Shown: one piece after another, positions 45,360 to 54,678 of the stretch
Layout: the number at the start of each line of letters is the position of its first letter
Numbering within the stretch: the stretch's first letter is position 1
Sequence record: KJ190158
Source: Escherichia phage FFH2
Length of the DNA stretch: 64,000 bases
Strand: one strand, 5' to 3'
Program-made: the position numbers and the translations under genes
The notes under the pieces: model-generated
What the model saw: the letters and a program-made list of their open reading frames with translations, nothing else
Told to the model about the DNA's origin: nothing
The model's database searches: none

Positions 45360-46271
45360 TTATTTCCCGTTAACTTTGTCGTAGTTTCCCTGCTCAGATG
45401 GGACTATGGTAGAAGGTCTTCCATATTCCTGATAATACCAATCCGCAGCCGATTGGGTAACACCGTTTTCATCTGTCCACATCATGGATTTGTATGGCTG
45501 CCACTCTTCTGCAGCATTTGTGGATGCAGTGTCTGCGAATGCTCCTGTGTCCCTCTTGTTACCTACGTTACTACCATTCTTACAGTCGTTGACAGCACCT
45601 TTTTGTTGGGTCTTGCCTACTTTCTTAGGATTGCTGTATACAGTTGCATTAACAACCTTATTCAAGTAGAATGTGCGGAACTCTGTAAGTTCTACATCAA
45701 ACACCATTGCAGCGCCTTCACCAACAGACTTGCTGGCAGAAAGACTGGTTATGATGTAGTTCTCAAGAAGTTTCTCCTCGGTAACCAAAGAAACCAACTG
45801 TCGCTTATTGATAATCTCAGTCAAAGCCTCCAATGCAGCGCCTGGTCGCATAGATGCTGCAGGGTTTTTAGAGTCAGTATTCCTATCAATGTAGTTTTGC
45901 TCATAAATTATATGTGGGGATGTATTTACCCTACCAGTAAAAGAAAATACACCATCTTTAATTACAGCGTGGTCTGACAGGGTAGATTTATCTTCCACCG
46001 CAAAATCAGTCTTATCAACAGAATGTTTGAAAGAGTAGTTCTCAATCTGATCGAAGATGATGGCAAGATCGTTGGTAAAGTTTTTACCCTTCATCTCCGT
46101 ATTGCGACCACCATAGTTAAGACCGCTGACAAACATAGTGTACTTTACATCGCTTTCAGTTTGCTGCTCTGCCTTTTCAGCCTTTGGAGATTTAACCTCT
46201 TGAGGCTTGTACAGGTCTTTTTCATCAACTATATTGCTTGGCATAACCTCTCCAGGACACTCCGATACCAT
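45360..46271 (-). CDS. Tail protein downstream of tape measure (303 aa); alternative start ATG 46244
   Basis: Gene order; GGAGAGG RBS precedes internal ATG 46244. Confidence 0.4.
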   Translation of the reverse strand: MVSECPGEVMPSNIVDEKDLYKPQEVKSPKAEKAEQQTESDVKYTMFVSGLNYGGRNTEMKGKNFTNDLAIIFDQIENYSFKHSVDKTDFAVEDKSTLSDHAVIKDGVFSFTGRVNTSPHIIYEQNYIDRNTDSKNPAASMRPGAALEALTEIINKRQLVSLVTEEKLLENYIITSLSASKSVGEGAAMVFDVELTEFRTFYLNKVVNATVYSNPKKVGKTQQKGAVNDCKNGSNVGNKRDTGAFADTASTNAAEEWQPYKSMMWTDENGVTQSAADWYYQEYGRPSTIVPSEQGNYDKVNGK

Positions 46272-46277
46272 CTAGAT

Positions 46278-46306
46278 ATTGTATCATAAAATAGCCGTTT
46301 TTACAA
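46278..46306 (-). promoter_or_regulatory. Possible promoter (-35 TTGTAA, 17-nt spacer, extended -10 TGaTACAAT)
   Basis: Only 6 nt from track ATG 46271, so it fits only if the true start is ATG 46244. Confidence 0.3.
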
Positions 46307-46307
46307 C

Positions 46308-46337
46308 ACCGATAAAATAAAGGGGGCCGGAGCCCCC
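46308..46337 (-). terminator. Intrinsic terminator (GGGGGC-UCCG-GCCCCC plus UUUAUUUUAU)
   Basis: Directly after tape measure gene. Confidence 0.55.
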
Positions 46338-46348
46338 TGCACAGTTTA

Positions 46349-48685
46349 TTACCAAAGGTCGGTAGACATGAAGTTGATATCTTTATTGTTCTCCCACTCA
46401 AGTTTTGCATCAAATATTTTGTTAAACTCACCCTCATCTATTGAAATCGTGATTTTCCCATCACTGATCTCTAAAGGTAGCATTTCCATAGTCCTTAATT
46501 GAGAAGCAAAACCAGGGCCACCTGGCAACGGAAGAGTCCCTCCCGGTAAGGTGTCCAAAGGATTAACAAATCCGTTACCTCCCGATATGATATCTTTGCG
46601 AATCATATCGCTGATAGTATCCAGCTGCTGATTTCTTTCACTTAGGGGGTTGTAACGGTCATTAAATAATTCCCCGGCGCTTAGTATTGTACCGATAATG
46701 CCCAGCTTACCGAGCAGACCAACTTTGCCACCAGGTGTCTTGAGGCCACCTCCACCTTTTCCTGCCGGAGCTCCACCACCAGACCCTTCTGTAGTAGCGG
46801 CACCCGCTGCTCCAGCTGCACCCCTTAGAGAGTTAAGGAATTTAAAGGTTTTTACAAGCATGGATGCCATGACAAAACCTTTTGTTAGGGCGTTGACTAC
46901 CAGCATGATGGCAGCAGCAAACCCTGCCCATTTAGCATAACTAAAGGTGTCATGAAGCTCTTCAGAATATTCCTTCGTCTTAGCTGTTATGAATCCCCAT
47001 TTAATCCCCCATTCAAGGAAAAACATGCGGATCTTGACTATAGTGTTGTTTAGTTCACCAACTACCCAGTTAAGACCTCTCACAAACCCGCTAACAAAAT
47101 CACCAGAGGCATCCCACACAAATTGCAAAGTCTCACCTGTGCGGATCAGTGTATAATAGAACTCTGTTAGTTCGTCAGACCAACGGGTGAACAGTTTCTG
47201 ACGAGTCAGTTCGATAAAGGTTTTCAGTCTGTTTTCTGCCAGCACGTTAGACTTCTGCATTCTTTCATAACCAGCTGCAGATGCCTCGTTCATGTACTTA
47301 GCCACATACTTCATGATCTTGGCTGTTTTAACCTCACCTTTCTTCATCATGTCCATGAACTGATCCATGGAGAGTTCAGAAAGACCAAAAGCCTCTTTGG
47401 TGGCCTTGATAAAAGGTTCGTATGCACCAGGCAATGCTTCAGCAAGTTGTTGCTTCAGTTCTTCGGACATTACTTGCCCTTTACCGAGCATTTGCTGGAT
47501 TGCCATAATACCGCGCTGGTATTTTACCTCATCGGCACCATAAGCAGCAGCATACTGGGAGTATGCAGAAAACAGCTCATGCACTTCCTGATTTGTCATC
47601 TGGTTTTTGGCGTTTACCGACATCTGGGCGTAACCTTGAAGACCAGATTTGAGATCAAAACCAAGACGCATAGCCTCTTGCTGGACAAACGCAACCTCAC
47701 TGTTGGCTTTGTTTGGATCTCCAGTAACAGCAGTAAGAGCAGCACTTGCCCCCTCCATCATGTGACCGGATCTGTTAACCGCAGCAAATCCAGAAAAAGC
47801 TGTATACGCAGCTGTTGCATTAATAACAGATCTACGTAAGTCTCTCATGGCATCGCCTAGTGTAAGCGTTTGGCTGGTGGCGCTTTTAAACCCAGACTGC
47901 AGCGCTGACAGGTGGGCGTTAAAGGTTGACTTTTTCATCTCCCCGCGAGCAAACCTAGACTCTAACTCTGAGTATCCTGGCAAGCTTCCACGGAATCCGG
48001 CCCCATACTTGGCAGAAAGTCTTATCGCGGAGTTGTAGAGGTGGGTTCTTCTTGCCTCACGATCCGACATAAGCCTATTATCCATACCAGCTTTACTGTC
48101 TCTTCTTAGCTGTCTATGATAACGATTCATAGCGGCTGTCTGAGCTTTCACAAGGTTAGGGTCGGAAGCCACACCACCCATATTAGGGTTACCGGGAATA
48201 TATTTGAAAGCTTTGGCATTAGCCAAAACTCTTGCCTTAGGTGCCTTATAACCGCCGTAAGATACTGGTGCAGATTTGGCAGCCTTTTTGGCCTCTTTAG
48301 CTTGCTGCTGGTAGAACTTACGCATCCTAGCCATTTCTGGATTTTTAGCGGTAAGATTACCTACAGCTTGTTTACGTCTCGCATTCTCCCTACGTTCTAT
48401 TGCAGCCCTTACTGCAGCCTCTTTCTTGGCCTGTGCTACGCTCTCCCTGTGCAGCTTGGCATTTGCCTGAGATTGCTGTCTGGCAACCCGCTGCATTGTC
48501 TGCTGGGTTTTAACAGCTACCGCCTGCCATCTGCTCATGGGGTTGGCTGAGTTAAAATCTTCGCCCAGTTTCCTGAACTCCCTCCCAATACTGCGAATTT
48601 TCTCTACAGCTTTTTTGTAGGAGGAGTTCTCTATCTCAAAGCCAATCTTGTTGACTGTTGTGGCAACTATTTTGTTTGTAGCCAT
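46349..48685 (-). CDS. Tail tape measure protein (778 aa)
   Basis: Ala/Gln/Lys-rich helical N-terminal half, hydrophobic segments, Gly-rich tract GAAGAAGAATTEGSGGGAPAGKGGGG; sits after the chaperone pair. Confidence 0.75.
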   Translation of the reverse strand: MATNKIVATTVNKIGFEIENSSYKKAVEKIRSIGREFRKLGEDFNSANPMSRWQAVAVKTQQTMQRVARQQSQANAKLHRESVAQAKKEAAVRAAIERRENARRKQAVGNLTAKNPEMARMRKFYQQQAKEAKKAAKSAPVSYGGYKAPKARVLANAKAFKYIPGNPNMGGVASDPNLVKAQTAAMNRYHRQLRRDSKAGMDNRLMSDREARRTHLYNSAIRLSAKYGAGFRGSLPGYSELESRFARGEMKKSTFNAHLSALQSGFKSATSQTLTLGDAMRDLRRSVINATAAYTAFSGFAAVNRSGHMMEGASAALTAVTGDPNKANSEVAFVQQEAMRLGFDLKSGLQGYAQMSVNAKNQMTNQEVHELFSAYSQYAAAYGADEVKYQRGIMAIQQMLGKGQVMSEELKQQLAEALPGAYEPFIKATKEAFGLSELSMDQFMDMMKKGEVKTAKIMKYVAKYMNEASAAGYERMQKSNVLAENRLKTFIELTRQKLFTRWSDELTEFYYTLIRTGETLQFVWDASGDFVSGFVRGLNWVVGELNNTIVKIRMFFLEWGIKWGFITAKTKEYSEELHDTFSYAKWAGFAAAIMLVVNALTKGFVMASMLVKTFKFLNSLRGAAGAAGAATTEGSGGGAPAGKGGGGLKTPGGKVGLLGKLGIIGTILSAGELFNDRYNPLSERNQQLDTISDMIRKDIISGGNGFVNPLDTLPGGTLPLPGGPGFASQLRTMEMLPLEISDGKITISIDEGEFNKIFDAKLEWENNKDINFMSTDLW

Positions 48686-48739
48686 GGTTTCCTCATAATA
48701 AAAAGGGCCAGATCCCAGAAAAGGAATCCGGCCCTTAGA

Positions 48740-48988
48740 TTATCCTCTCCTGCGCTTAGCTTTCGCAGCAGCTGCGGCAGCCTTCTGCTCCCGCTCCATT
48801 TCCCTGTTTTGGACGGTATCTAGGAATTCTTCGATATCAAGATACTCACAGAGCTTCAGGAAATACGCCATATCTGCAAGATTTAGCGATTCAAAATTTT
48901 CCCCTTTGAAATTCTTGAGCACCCTGCACCAAAGAAAGTCGAACCAGTTGAGTGAACTGTTCTTGGCTGCCCACTCACTGGCCCTCAC
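48740..48988 (-). CDS. Tail assembly chaperone, -1 frame extension (GT-like)
   Basis: In -1 frame relative to 49000-49473; that frame is open from slippery heptamer T_TTT_TTC at 49099-49105; ORF has no ATG of its own. Confidence 0.5.
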   Translation of the reverse strand: MRASEWAAKNSSLNWFDFLWCRVLKNFKGENFESLNLADMAYFLKLCEYLDIEEFLDTVQNREMEREQKAAAAAAKAKRRRG

Positions 48989-48999
48989 AACAACCTTGC

Positions 49000-49473
49000 T
49001 TATTCCTGCTCTTCCGGAGTCTGATCCAGGTTGTTCACCTGCTGAATCATACCCATCTGCTGTAACATTTCCAGAAGGCTTCCTAAACCGTCTTGTGTGA
49101 AAAAACAGCCGTAGTTAACCTCCAGAACCTTACCTGCCAGCTTAATCATCTCCAGCAGATGCCCTGCAAACACAACATCCGGGTTAAGCTTATCCACACC
49201 ATCTACGGTAATATCTTCGAACAAGATTTTAAATAGCTCTTCAATAGAGGTATCATCAAGTTCTTGGAACAGGTAAGCCAGAGCTGTAGGAAGGACCTCT
49301 GCCATATTCTGACCACCAGAGATAATAGATCCACCGATAGCACCTAGCGGGACAGCCACAATCTTACCGATTTTAGGCATGTTTTTCATTGCTTTCATCG
49401 GTCCCCAGTGGGTGATCACAAAGTTGTGCCCTGCTAAATCAATCTCTGTTGTAGGTCTAAAGTTTATAGCCAT
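49000..49473 (-). CDS. Tail assembly chaperone (G-like, 157 aa)
   Basis: Directly upstream of tape measure; contains candidate slippery site; sigma70-like promoter with palindrome upstream. Confidence 0.5.
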   Translation of the reverse strand: MAINFRPTTEIDLAGHNFVITHWGPMKAMKNMPKIGKIVAVPLGAIGGSIISGGQNMAEVLPTALAYLFQELDDTSIEELFKILFEDITVDGVDKLNPDVVFAGHLLEMIKLAGKVLEVNYGCFFTQDGLGSLLEMLQQMGMIQQVNNLDQTPEEQE

Positions 49474-49500
49474 TTTATAGCATCCTTATTAGTCATGTTG

Positions 49501-49545
49501 TGCACCATATTTGTGTATTTTACCATGATTATGGTGCATTGTCAA
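49501..49545 (-). promoter_or_regulatory. Sigma70-like promoter (-35 TTGACA 49540-49545, 17-nt spacer, -10 TAAAAT 49517-49522) with palindromic operator-like inverted repeat
   Basis: Inverted repeat TGCACCATA (49501-49509) / TATGGTGCA (49530-49538) centred on the -10; upstream of chaperone-tape-measure unit. Confidence 0.5.
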
Positions 49546-49570
49546 TTTAACCTTTCAAGCAATTCAAGAA

Positions 49571-49608
49571 CGTGTGTCAAAACCATAAAAGCAAAAAGCC
49601 CCACCCGA
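49571..49608 (-). terminator. UUCG-tetraloop terminator (9-bp stem with one G-U, U-rich tail)
   Basis: After tube gene; promoter 49517-49545 follows. Confidence 0.6.
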
Positions 49609-49635
49609 AGGTGAGGCTTATGCTAAAGTGTGCCC

Positions 49636-50109
49636 TTAGATAATACCTGCAAGACCTGCTAGGCCAGTAAGAGCACCAGTGATGTTATCACGGTTGAGCC
49701 ATGCATCCAGAATACCGATATCCCAGTCCAGTTGACCTACTTCGGTTCCGTAAGTCAGGTCAGGCTGTTTCTGGATCCAACCGATTGTGGAAATACCAGG
49801 ACCCTGGCTACCTTCCAGCAGAACCGGGAAGAATACCAGACCAGTAATCGATGCCTGTTTCTGCCAGTCAGAAAGGTAAGCGTTCCATACAGAAGTGTTC
49901 TGCAAAGATACAGTCATAACACCAGATTGGTTACGAGACAGGGCCGCAGACATTTCGCCATCCACACCAACGTGAGGGTAGATGTTGTCTTCGTTTCTTG
50001 AAACAACGATCTTGGTGTCAGCAGCGAAGCCAGTGACACGCTGCTGCATCAGGTACAGTTTGACCTTTTTAGGATCATAAGCATAAGGAGTTAAAATTTG
50101 AGTTTCCAT
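49636..50109 (-). CDS. Tail tube protein (157 aa)
   Basis: Between sheath candidate and chaperones; strong terminator directly after. Confidence 0.5.
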   Translation of the reverse strand: METQILTPYAYDPKKVKLYLMQQRVTGFAADTKIVVSRNEDNIYPHVGVDGEMSAALSRNQSGVMTVSLQNTSVWNAYLSDWQKQASITGLVFFPVLLEGSQGPGISTIGWIQKQPDLTYGTEVGQLDWDIGILDAWLNRDNITGALTGLAGLAGII

Positions 50110-50119
50110 CTAGTCTTCC

Positions 50120-51496
50120 TTATTCAGTCATTGCAACAGCATTGGTGGATTTAGAACCAACTTTGTCCAGAAGGACGTTGATCCGGATACGAACGAAGTG
50201 CAGGGCGTTGTTATACACCAGTTCTACTTTCACACCTTCCAGAACACGAGCAGCCAACTGATTGGTTGGAATCTCTGCACGTTTAGGAACTGTGATGATC
50301 GGGTCGTAGAACACATTGTTGTCTTCGTCAAAACCTGTCAGGATCGCACCATTCTTAATGCCAGTGTTGATTGGGTTGTTCATCAGGACAGACTTGATAA
50401 CCGGAAGATCATCATCAGACATCTTCATGCTTAAACCCATGTTGGAGCGACGATGCATGTACCCAAACATAGATTCTTCAGATCTGAACTTGATCCAGTG
50501 TGCAAAACGAATAGCGTCTGCATACTGACCTGAAGCACACTTACCTTCCCAGAAAGCACCAACACCGTTAATCATTCTGTAGAAGTTAACGTGGTTTTCC
50601 CAAATAGCCATACGCTGAGTTAAAGTCAGAGACGGTGCAATCACACCTGGCATCTGTTTTAAGTGCAAGCTGTCGCCGTAAGACGGATCGTTGGATGCCA
50701 TAGCACCTATGATACCACCCTCCGGGAAGTCCTTATCTGCACGAGGATCGTACATGCCGACACTGTCATATTGTGCAGCTTTCAGTTTGGTGGCGATGTT
50801 ATTATCTTTACCCGTCACATCTTCTGCAGTAGAGTAGACATGCAGCTTGTAGTTAGCCTGAGCCCACTTAGCACATGCTTCAATATCGGTGTGGTCTTCA
50901 TGGCACAGGAAGTACCAATTGTCACGCTCAGCATTGATCTTATCAACTACTGTAGAAGGTTTTTCAGCATTGGCGATATTTTTGATTGTATAGTTACCAG
51001 TATGGTAACCAACAGTACAGTCACCAGTGATGGTGAGAACACCTTCAGAAGCCTCTACAGTGATATCGTCCAAGTTATCATCTGCTTCGATTTTAGTCTT
51101 CATTGACTCTGCAATCTGAGTTGCAGCTGTTCCACCAGAGATAGGGACTATCAAAGAGGTATTGTAGCTACCTTTTGCAATAGTCATTACGACATCGGTA
51201 TCAGCTGCGGCAGCAATACCTTTAAAATCTACAGTGGTCTTTTCTTTGGCCTGTCTGCCGATCATAACGTATTGTGGAGGGAATACACCACCAAAAGCTT
51301 TTGCTGCAAACTCATACGCTGCAGAGCCTTGTGCGAAACCATCTTCCACCATCTGATCCAGCTCTGCATATACGCGAGCTCGCTCAGTAAAGTTGTTGTG
51401 GATAGCGATGAACAGGGGAGTTTCGAAACCTACAGTGTCAATAGGCTGGGTTCCGAGGTTAACTGTAACATCTACCACTTTATCTAAATATGGCAT
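50120..51496 (-). CDS. Tail sheath protein (458 aa), provisional
   Basis: Size and position upstream of tube-chaperone-tape-measure; not confirmed by search. Confidence 0.5.
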   Translation of the reverse strand: MPYLDKVVDVTVNLGTQPIDTVGFETPLFIAIHNNFTERARVYAELDQMVEDGFAQGSAAYEFAAKAFGGVFPPQYVMIGRQAKEKTTVDFKGIAAAADTDVVMTIAKGSYNTSLIVPISGGTAATQIAESMKTKIEADDNLDDITVEASEGVLTITGDCTVGYHTGNYTIKNIANAEKPSTVVDKINAERDNWYFLCHEDHTDIEACAKWAQANYKLHVYSTAEDVTGKDNNIATKLKAAQYDSVGMYDPRADKDFPEGGIIGAMASNDPSYGDSLHLKQMPGVIAPSLTLTQRMAIWENHVNFYRMINGVGAFWEGKCASGQYADAIRFAHWIKFRSEESMFGYMHRRSNMGLSMKMSDDDLPVIKSVLMNNPINTGIKNGAILTGFDEDNNVFYDPIITVPKRAEIPTNQLAARVLEGVKVELVYNNALHFVRIRINVLLDKVGSKSTNAVAMTE

Positions 51497-51568
51497 TTGT
51501 TTCCTCTTAATATCTGTGCACGGATATCAAACACGCAGTGTAATCATTACACTACACAATTATAACGA

Positions 51569-52120
51569 TTACTGACCACTGTCTGTAACCGCTTTACCAG
51601 AATTGGGTGAAGGGAAGTGTGTGGTTATTTCAGCCTTAATTCCCTGAAGATCCTCAAAAGCCCCAATGTCTGTTTCAACAAACCTTACGTTAAATGTCAG
51701 CATCACAGTGGCTCTATTTTCATACGTCTGCTTATTCAACGGCACTCTTTGAGGTGAGATTGTTGAATTGTTAGAGTAGGCAAAGCACGATCCCAGAGGG
51801 AAATACTTGTCATAAAACATTGGAAGGTTTATTGCTTGCAATACTCTGCTAAGTGCAGCATATGCCCTGCCACGATAAGCTGTTAACAGATAAGTAACAG
51901 TGTAGCTGTGGGTGACGTAAGCATTACCCTCCGCATCTTGAAACTCATTATCTTCCCAAGTGGTGGGATTGATCGCCAAGGTTTGTAAAAGCACAAACTC
52001 ACCTTCCGGCTTCGGTATGGTAGAGCTTTCTGCCAGAACTACAGTTCTTCCTGTGGCAACCTTGACAAGCTTAGCAATGGTTGTTTCAAGATCAGAAAAA
52101 ACTTTTTCGAAAGCTTCCAT
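51569..52120 (-). CDS. Head-tail joining or tail completion protein (183 aa)
   Basis: Gene order between capsid and sheath. Confidence 0.35.
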   Translation of the reverse strand: MEAFEKVFSDLETTIAKLVKVATGRTVVLAESSTIPKPEGEFVLLQTLAINPTTWEDNEFQDAEGNAYVTHSYTVTYLLTAYRGRAYAALSRVLQAINLPMFYDKYFPLGSCFAYSNNSTISPQRVPLNKQTYENRATVMLTFNVRFVETDIGAFEDLQGIKAEITTHFPSPNSGKAVTDSGQ

Positions 52121-52545
52121 CAGTCTTCTCCTTCAGGCTCTTCTACCACAAAAAATCTATATCTCCCACCACCAGAGGTAACATATGCATCGCATTTTAA
52201 AACGGTAAACCATTTCAAGTCACCACGGATGTCAGGCAGCTGAATTTGATCAGCCATTGCATATGTTCCTTCATCTGGACTATACAACTTGGTTGAGGAG
52301 TAGACTGTAAAAGCCTCGTACTGTCTGTCACCTTCTGGATTTATTTGAGAGGAGTAATCTTTAGCTGCCCTTCCTGTCAACGGCTGCACAACACACTCTA
52401 AGACATCAAACTCTTCATACTCAAGTTCTAACCCCTCGTTAGCAAAAGGACCACCAACTGTTTTGTTATACACTCTGTGGCGACCTTTGAATGTTTTACG
52501 GGGTATTAGCCTGTTCTTTCCTATCAGCTTATAACCTGCTGCCAC
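52120..52545 (-). CDS. Head-tail joining protein (141 aa)
   Basis: Gene order. Confidence 0.35.
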   Translation of the reverse strand: MAAGYKLIGKNRLIPRKTFKGRHRVYNKTVGGPFANEGLELEYEEFDVLECVVQPLTGRAAKDYSSQINPEGDRQYEAFTVYSSTKLYSPDEGTYAMADQIQLPDIRGDLKWFTVLKCDAYVTSGGGRYRFFVVEEPEGED

Positions 52546-52554
52546 TCAACCCCC

Positions 52555-53031
52555 TTATTTTTGCTGTCCAATTTTAAAGGTTGCAGATTCCAGCAGCACA
52601 TCGTAATGCCGCATAGCCTCGTTGAAGCCCTTCTCTTGTGCCCACTGCTCACTAACAGTAGGGTTACTAAACTGACCAGCCTCAATAACAAACTGGATAG
52701 CTTTGGCCCCTGTGTCCCCCATCTGCTTAAGAATAGCCTCTGCACTTAATCCTCTAGCCATAGCTCTCAACAATTTTTCTGTCAAGGTCTGTAGTTGAGT
52801 GCTGTGAAATGCAAAAGCTGTCTCCATGAAATTGCGAACAGGCAGCCCGTTCCAACCGAAGTTGTGAATGGCTGCCAATGTTGCCATATTTAAGCCTGAC
52901 GGGTGAGGTTCGTCATAAAAGCCGTAGGTTATTGTTTTACTTTCAAGTCTCACAAGTTCTTTGTAGAAGCGATCTAAACGCTTTAGGTTGAACCTTGTTT
53001 GACATTTAACCTTTAGCATTATATCCCTCAC
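52555..53031 (-). CDS. Head-tail connector or neck protein (158 aa)
   Basis: Gene order. Confidence 0.35.
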   Translation of the reverse strand: MRDIMLKVKCQTRFNLKRLDRFYKELVRLESKTITYGFYDEPHPSGLNMATLAAIHNFGWNGLPVRNFMETAFAFHSTQLQTLTEKLLRAMARGLSAEAILKQMGDTGAKAIQFVIEAGQFSNPTVSEQWAQEKGFNEAMRHYDVLLESATFKIGQQK

Positions 53032-53072
53032 TAATGTATTTTACCACAAAGATACATCAAAAGCAACAATTT

Positions 53073-53750
53073 TTAAAAACTGCGTTTGCGTCTTGGGTGG
53101 CGAGGAGGTTGGTTATTTAGACCGCTGATAGGTGTAATCCCCTGGACATCGAACGGTCCGTTGCTGTTTTCATTAAATTTAACCCGAATTCCTTCGTCTA
53201 CACGAACACCACCAATGATAATCATTCTGCTGTAAGCATCTAGCTCAGAATCTACATAGTCTGGGTGTGCCAGCAGCCAATCAAGGAAATCCTTCCATTG
53301 GGCGTAGGAAGATCCACCACGAATCTCTATGGTCTCATCACCTATTTTTTCCAGACGGGAAGTTATACTTGCATTACCGCTGGACACTTCCTGCATCATC
53401 AGCCACCGCACAAGCTGCACAAGCACATTATACTTAAGTAGAGGTAGCTTATCAGGATCTGCCGGATAATTTAGTTTCAACTTCTCCATGTCAAGGAATG
53501 TTTTAATTACCTCATCAGGGAGGGTTTCCTCATCAACATTGCCAAGCAACAACCTCATAATATTAATAAGAGGTTGGTCTGGATCAGGTTCCGGAGGTAC
53601 AGGATCTTCTTTTGGTGGTTCTTCTGGGGTATCGACTACACCATCATGGTTAGGCGGTGACGGGATAATCTCTTCATCTTCATACCATGCCATTTGAAAA
53701 TACCTCGTAAAAATAAAGCCCCATTCCTGATTTGGAAGGGGCCTTAACAA
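53073..53750 (-). CDS. Hypothetical virion protein with Pro/Glu-rich linker
   Basis: ORF; PEEPPKEDPVPPEPDPDQP low-complexity region. Confidence 0.35.
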   Translation of the reverse strand: MLRPLPNQEWGFIFTRYFQMAWYEDEEIIPSPPNHDGVVDTPEEPPKEDPVPPEPDPDQPLINIMRLLLGNVDEETLPDEVIKTFLDMEKLKLNYPADPDKLPLLKYNVLVQLVRWLMMQEVSSGNASITSRLEKIGDETIEIRGGSSYAQWKDFLDWLLAHPDYVDSELDAYSRMIIIGGVRVDEGIRVKFNENSNGPFDVQGITPISGLNNQPPRHPRRKRSF

Positions 53751-53752
53751 AA

Positions 53753-54598
53753 TTATGCCAGTGCAGCCTCAAAATCTTTCATCATATTTTGGAAAGTTTT
53801 TGCCTTACTTAAGATAACACCGTGCTCTTTGGCGAAGGTTTGGAGTGCATCTTTTGAACCACTTTTGTCATCTTCGTTGTTAAGAGCTGCGGCCTGCTGC
53901 AGTATGGCATCAACATCACTGCGAGAAGATCTTGATTCTTGTGCCTGTTCAGGATCCTGCTCAGTGCCTCCCGGTGCAGCCGGATCTGGGGATTCTTCAC
54001 CGCCACCACCTGGTTCAGTAGGACCTACAGGTGGCTCCGGCTCTGGTTCAGGCAGTGGAGCTACCGTAGAAACCAGCCCAAGATTTACAACCTGAGAACG
54101 TTTCTTAGGCCACTCGATGGTGAAAGTTTGGGTATCTTCTTCATAAACAATGTTGCATTGCTCATCGTTTATGGTCACTTTTTTAGGCATACCTTCAGGG
54201 TCCCACAGATGGCCCTCTGCCACGGAAACTTTGAAAGCAGCATCTACCTCTTTAAACACTGACGGAGTGAGTGTAATATTGACATCCCCGCTTTGCAGTG
54301 TTAAAGTGCTTTCATCAAGGTTCTCTGTGAAGAACAGAAGAATAACACCCATACGGATAGTTGAAATACCAGTATCAATTGGCAGGCCTGTGTGTTTTGC
54401 AATCTTCTCGAAGAAGTCTACAATCGTTCTGCATGGATAGTGAACACTGCCAATAACGAACTCTGTTGGTGGCAGCAGGGCTGATAAACCAACATTGATT
54501 TCTGGATTATATTGTGCTAAAAATTGATAAAAACTTAACTGATTGTTGAAAACTCTTAATAGAGGATCATACTCAACTGGATATACGGCTCTCTTCAC
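53753..54598 (-). CDS. Hypothetical virion protein (281 aa), GTG start
   Basis: AGGAG RBS 7 nt upstream of GTG 54598; Pro-rich linker PLPEPEPEPPVGPTEPGGGG. Confidence 0.4.
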   Translation of the reverse strand: MKRAVYPVEYDPLLRVFNNQLSFYQFLAQYNPEINVGLSALLPPTEFVIGSVHYPCRTIVDFFEKIAKHTGLPIDTGISTIRMGVILLFFTENLDESTLTLQSGDVNITLTPSVFKEVDAAFKVSVAEGHLWDPEGMPKKVTINDEQCNIVYEEDTQTFTIEWPKKRSQVVNLGLVSTVAPLPEPEPEPPVGPTEPGGGGEESPDPAAPGGTEQDPEQAQESRSSRSDVDAILQQAAALNNEDDKSGSKDALQTFAKEHGVILSKAKTFQNMMKDFEAALA

Positions 54599-54618
54599 GG
54601 GACACTCCTGTTAAACCC

Positions 54619-54654
54619 TAATAAATAAAAAGGGGAGGGGAGAACCCCCTCCCC
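54619..54654 (-). terminator. Intrinsic terminator (9-bp stem GGGGAGGGG/CCCCTCCCC, U/A-rich tail)
   Basis: Directly after major capsid gene; next gene RBS follows with no promoter room. Confidence 0.6.
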
Positions 54655-54678
54655 ATATGGGATGAATCACCTTAGTGA

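Noticed and set aside
48690-48735. Hairpin-like sequence after the 82-aa chaperone extension ORF
   Set aside because: Imperfect stem with long loop; too weak to call a terminator or frameshift stimulator.
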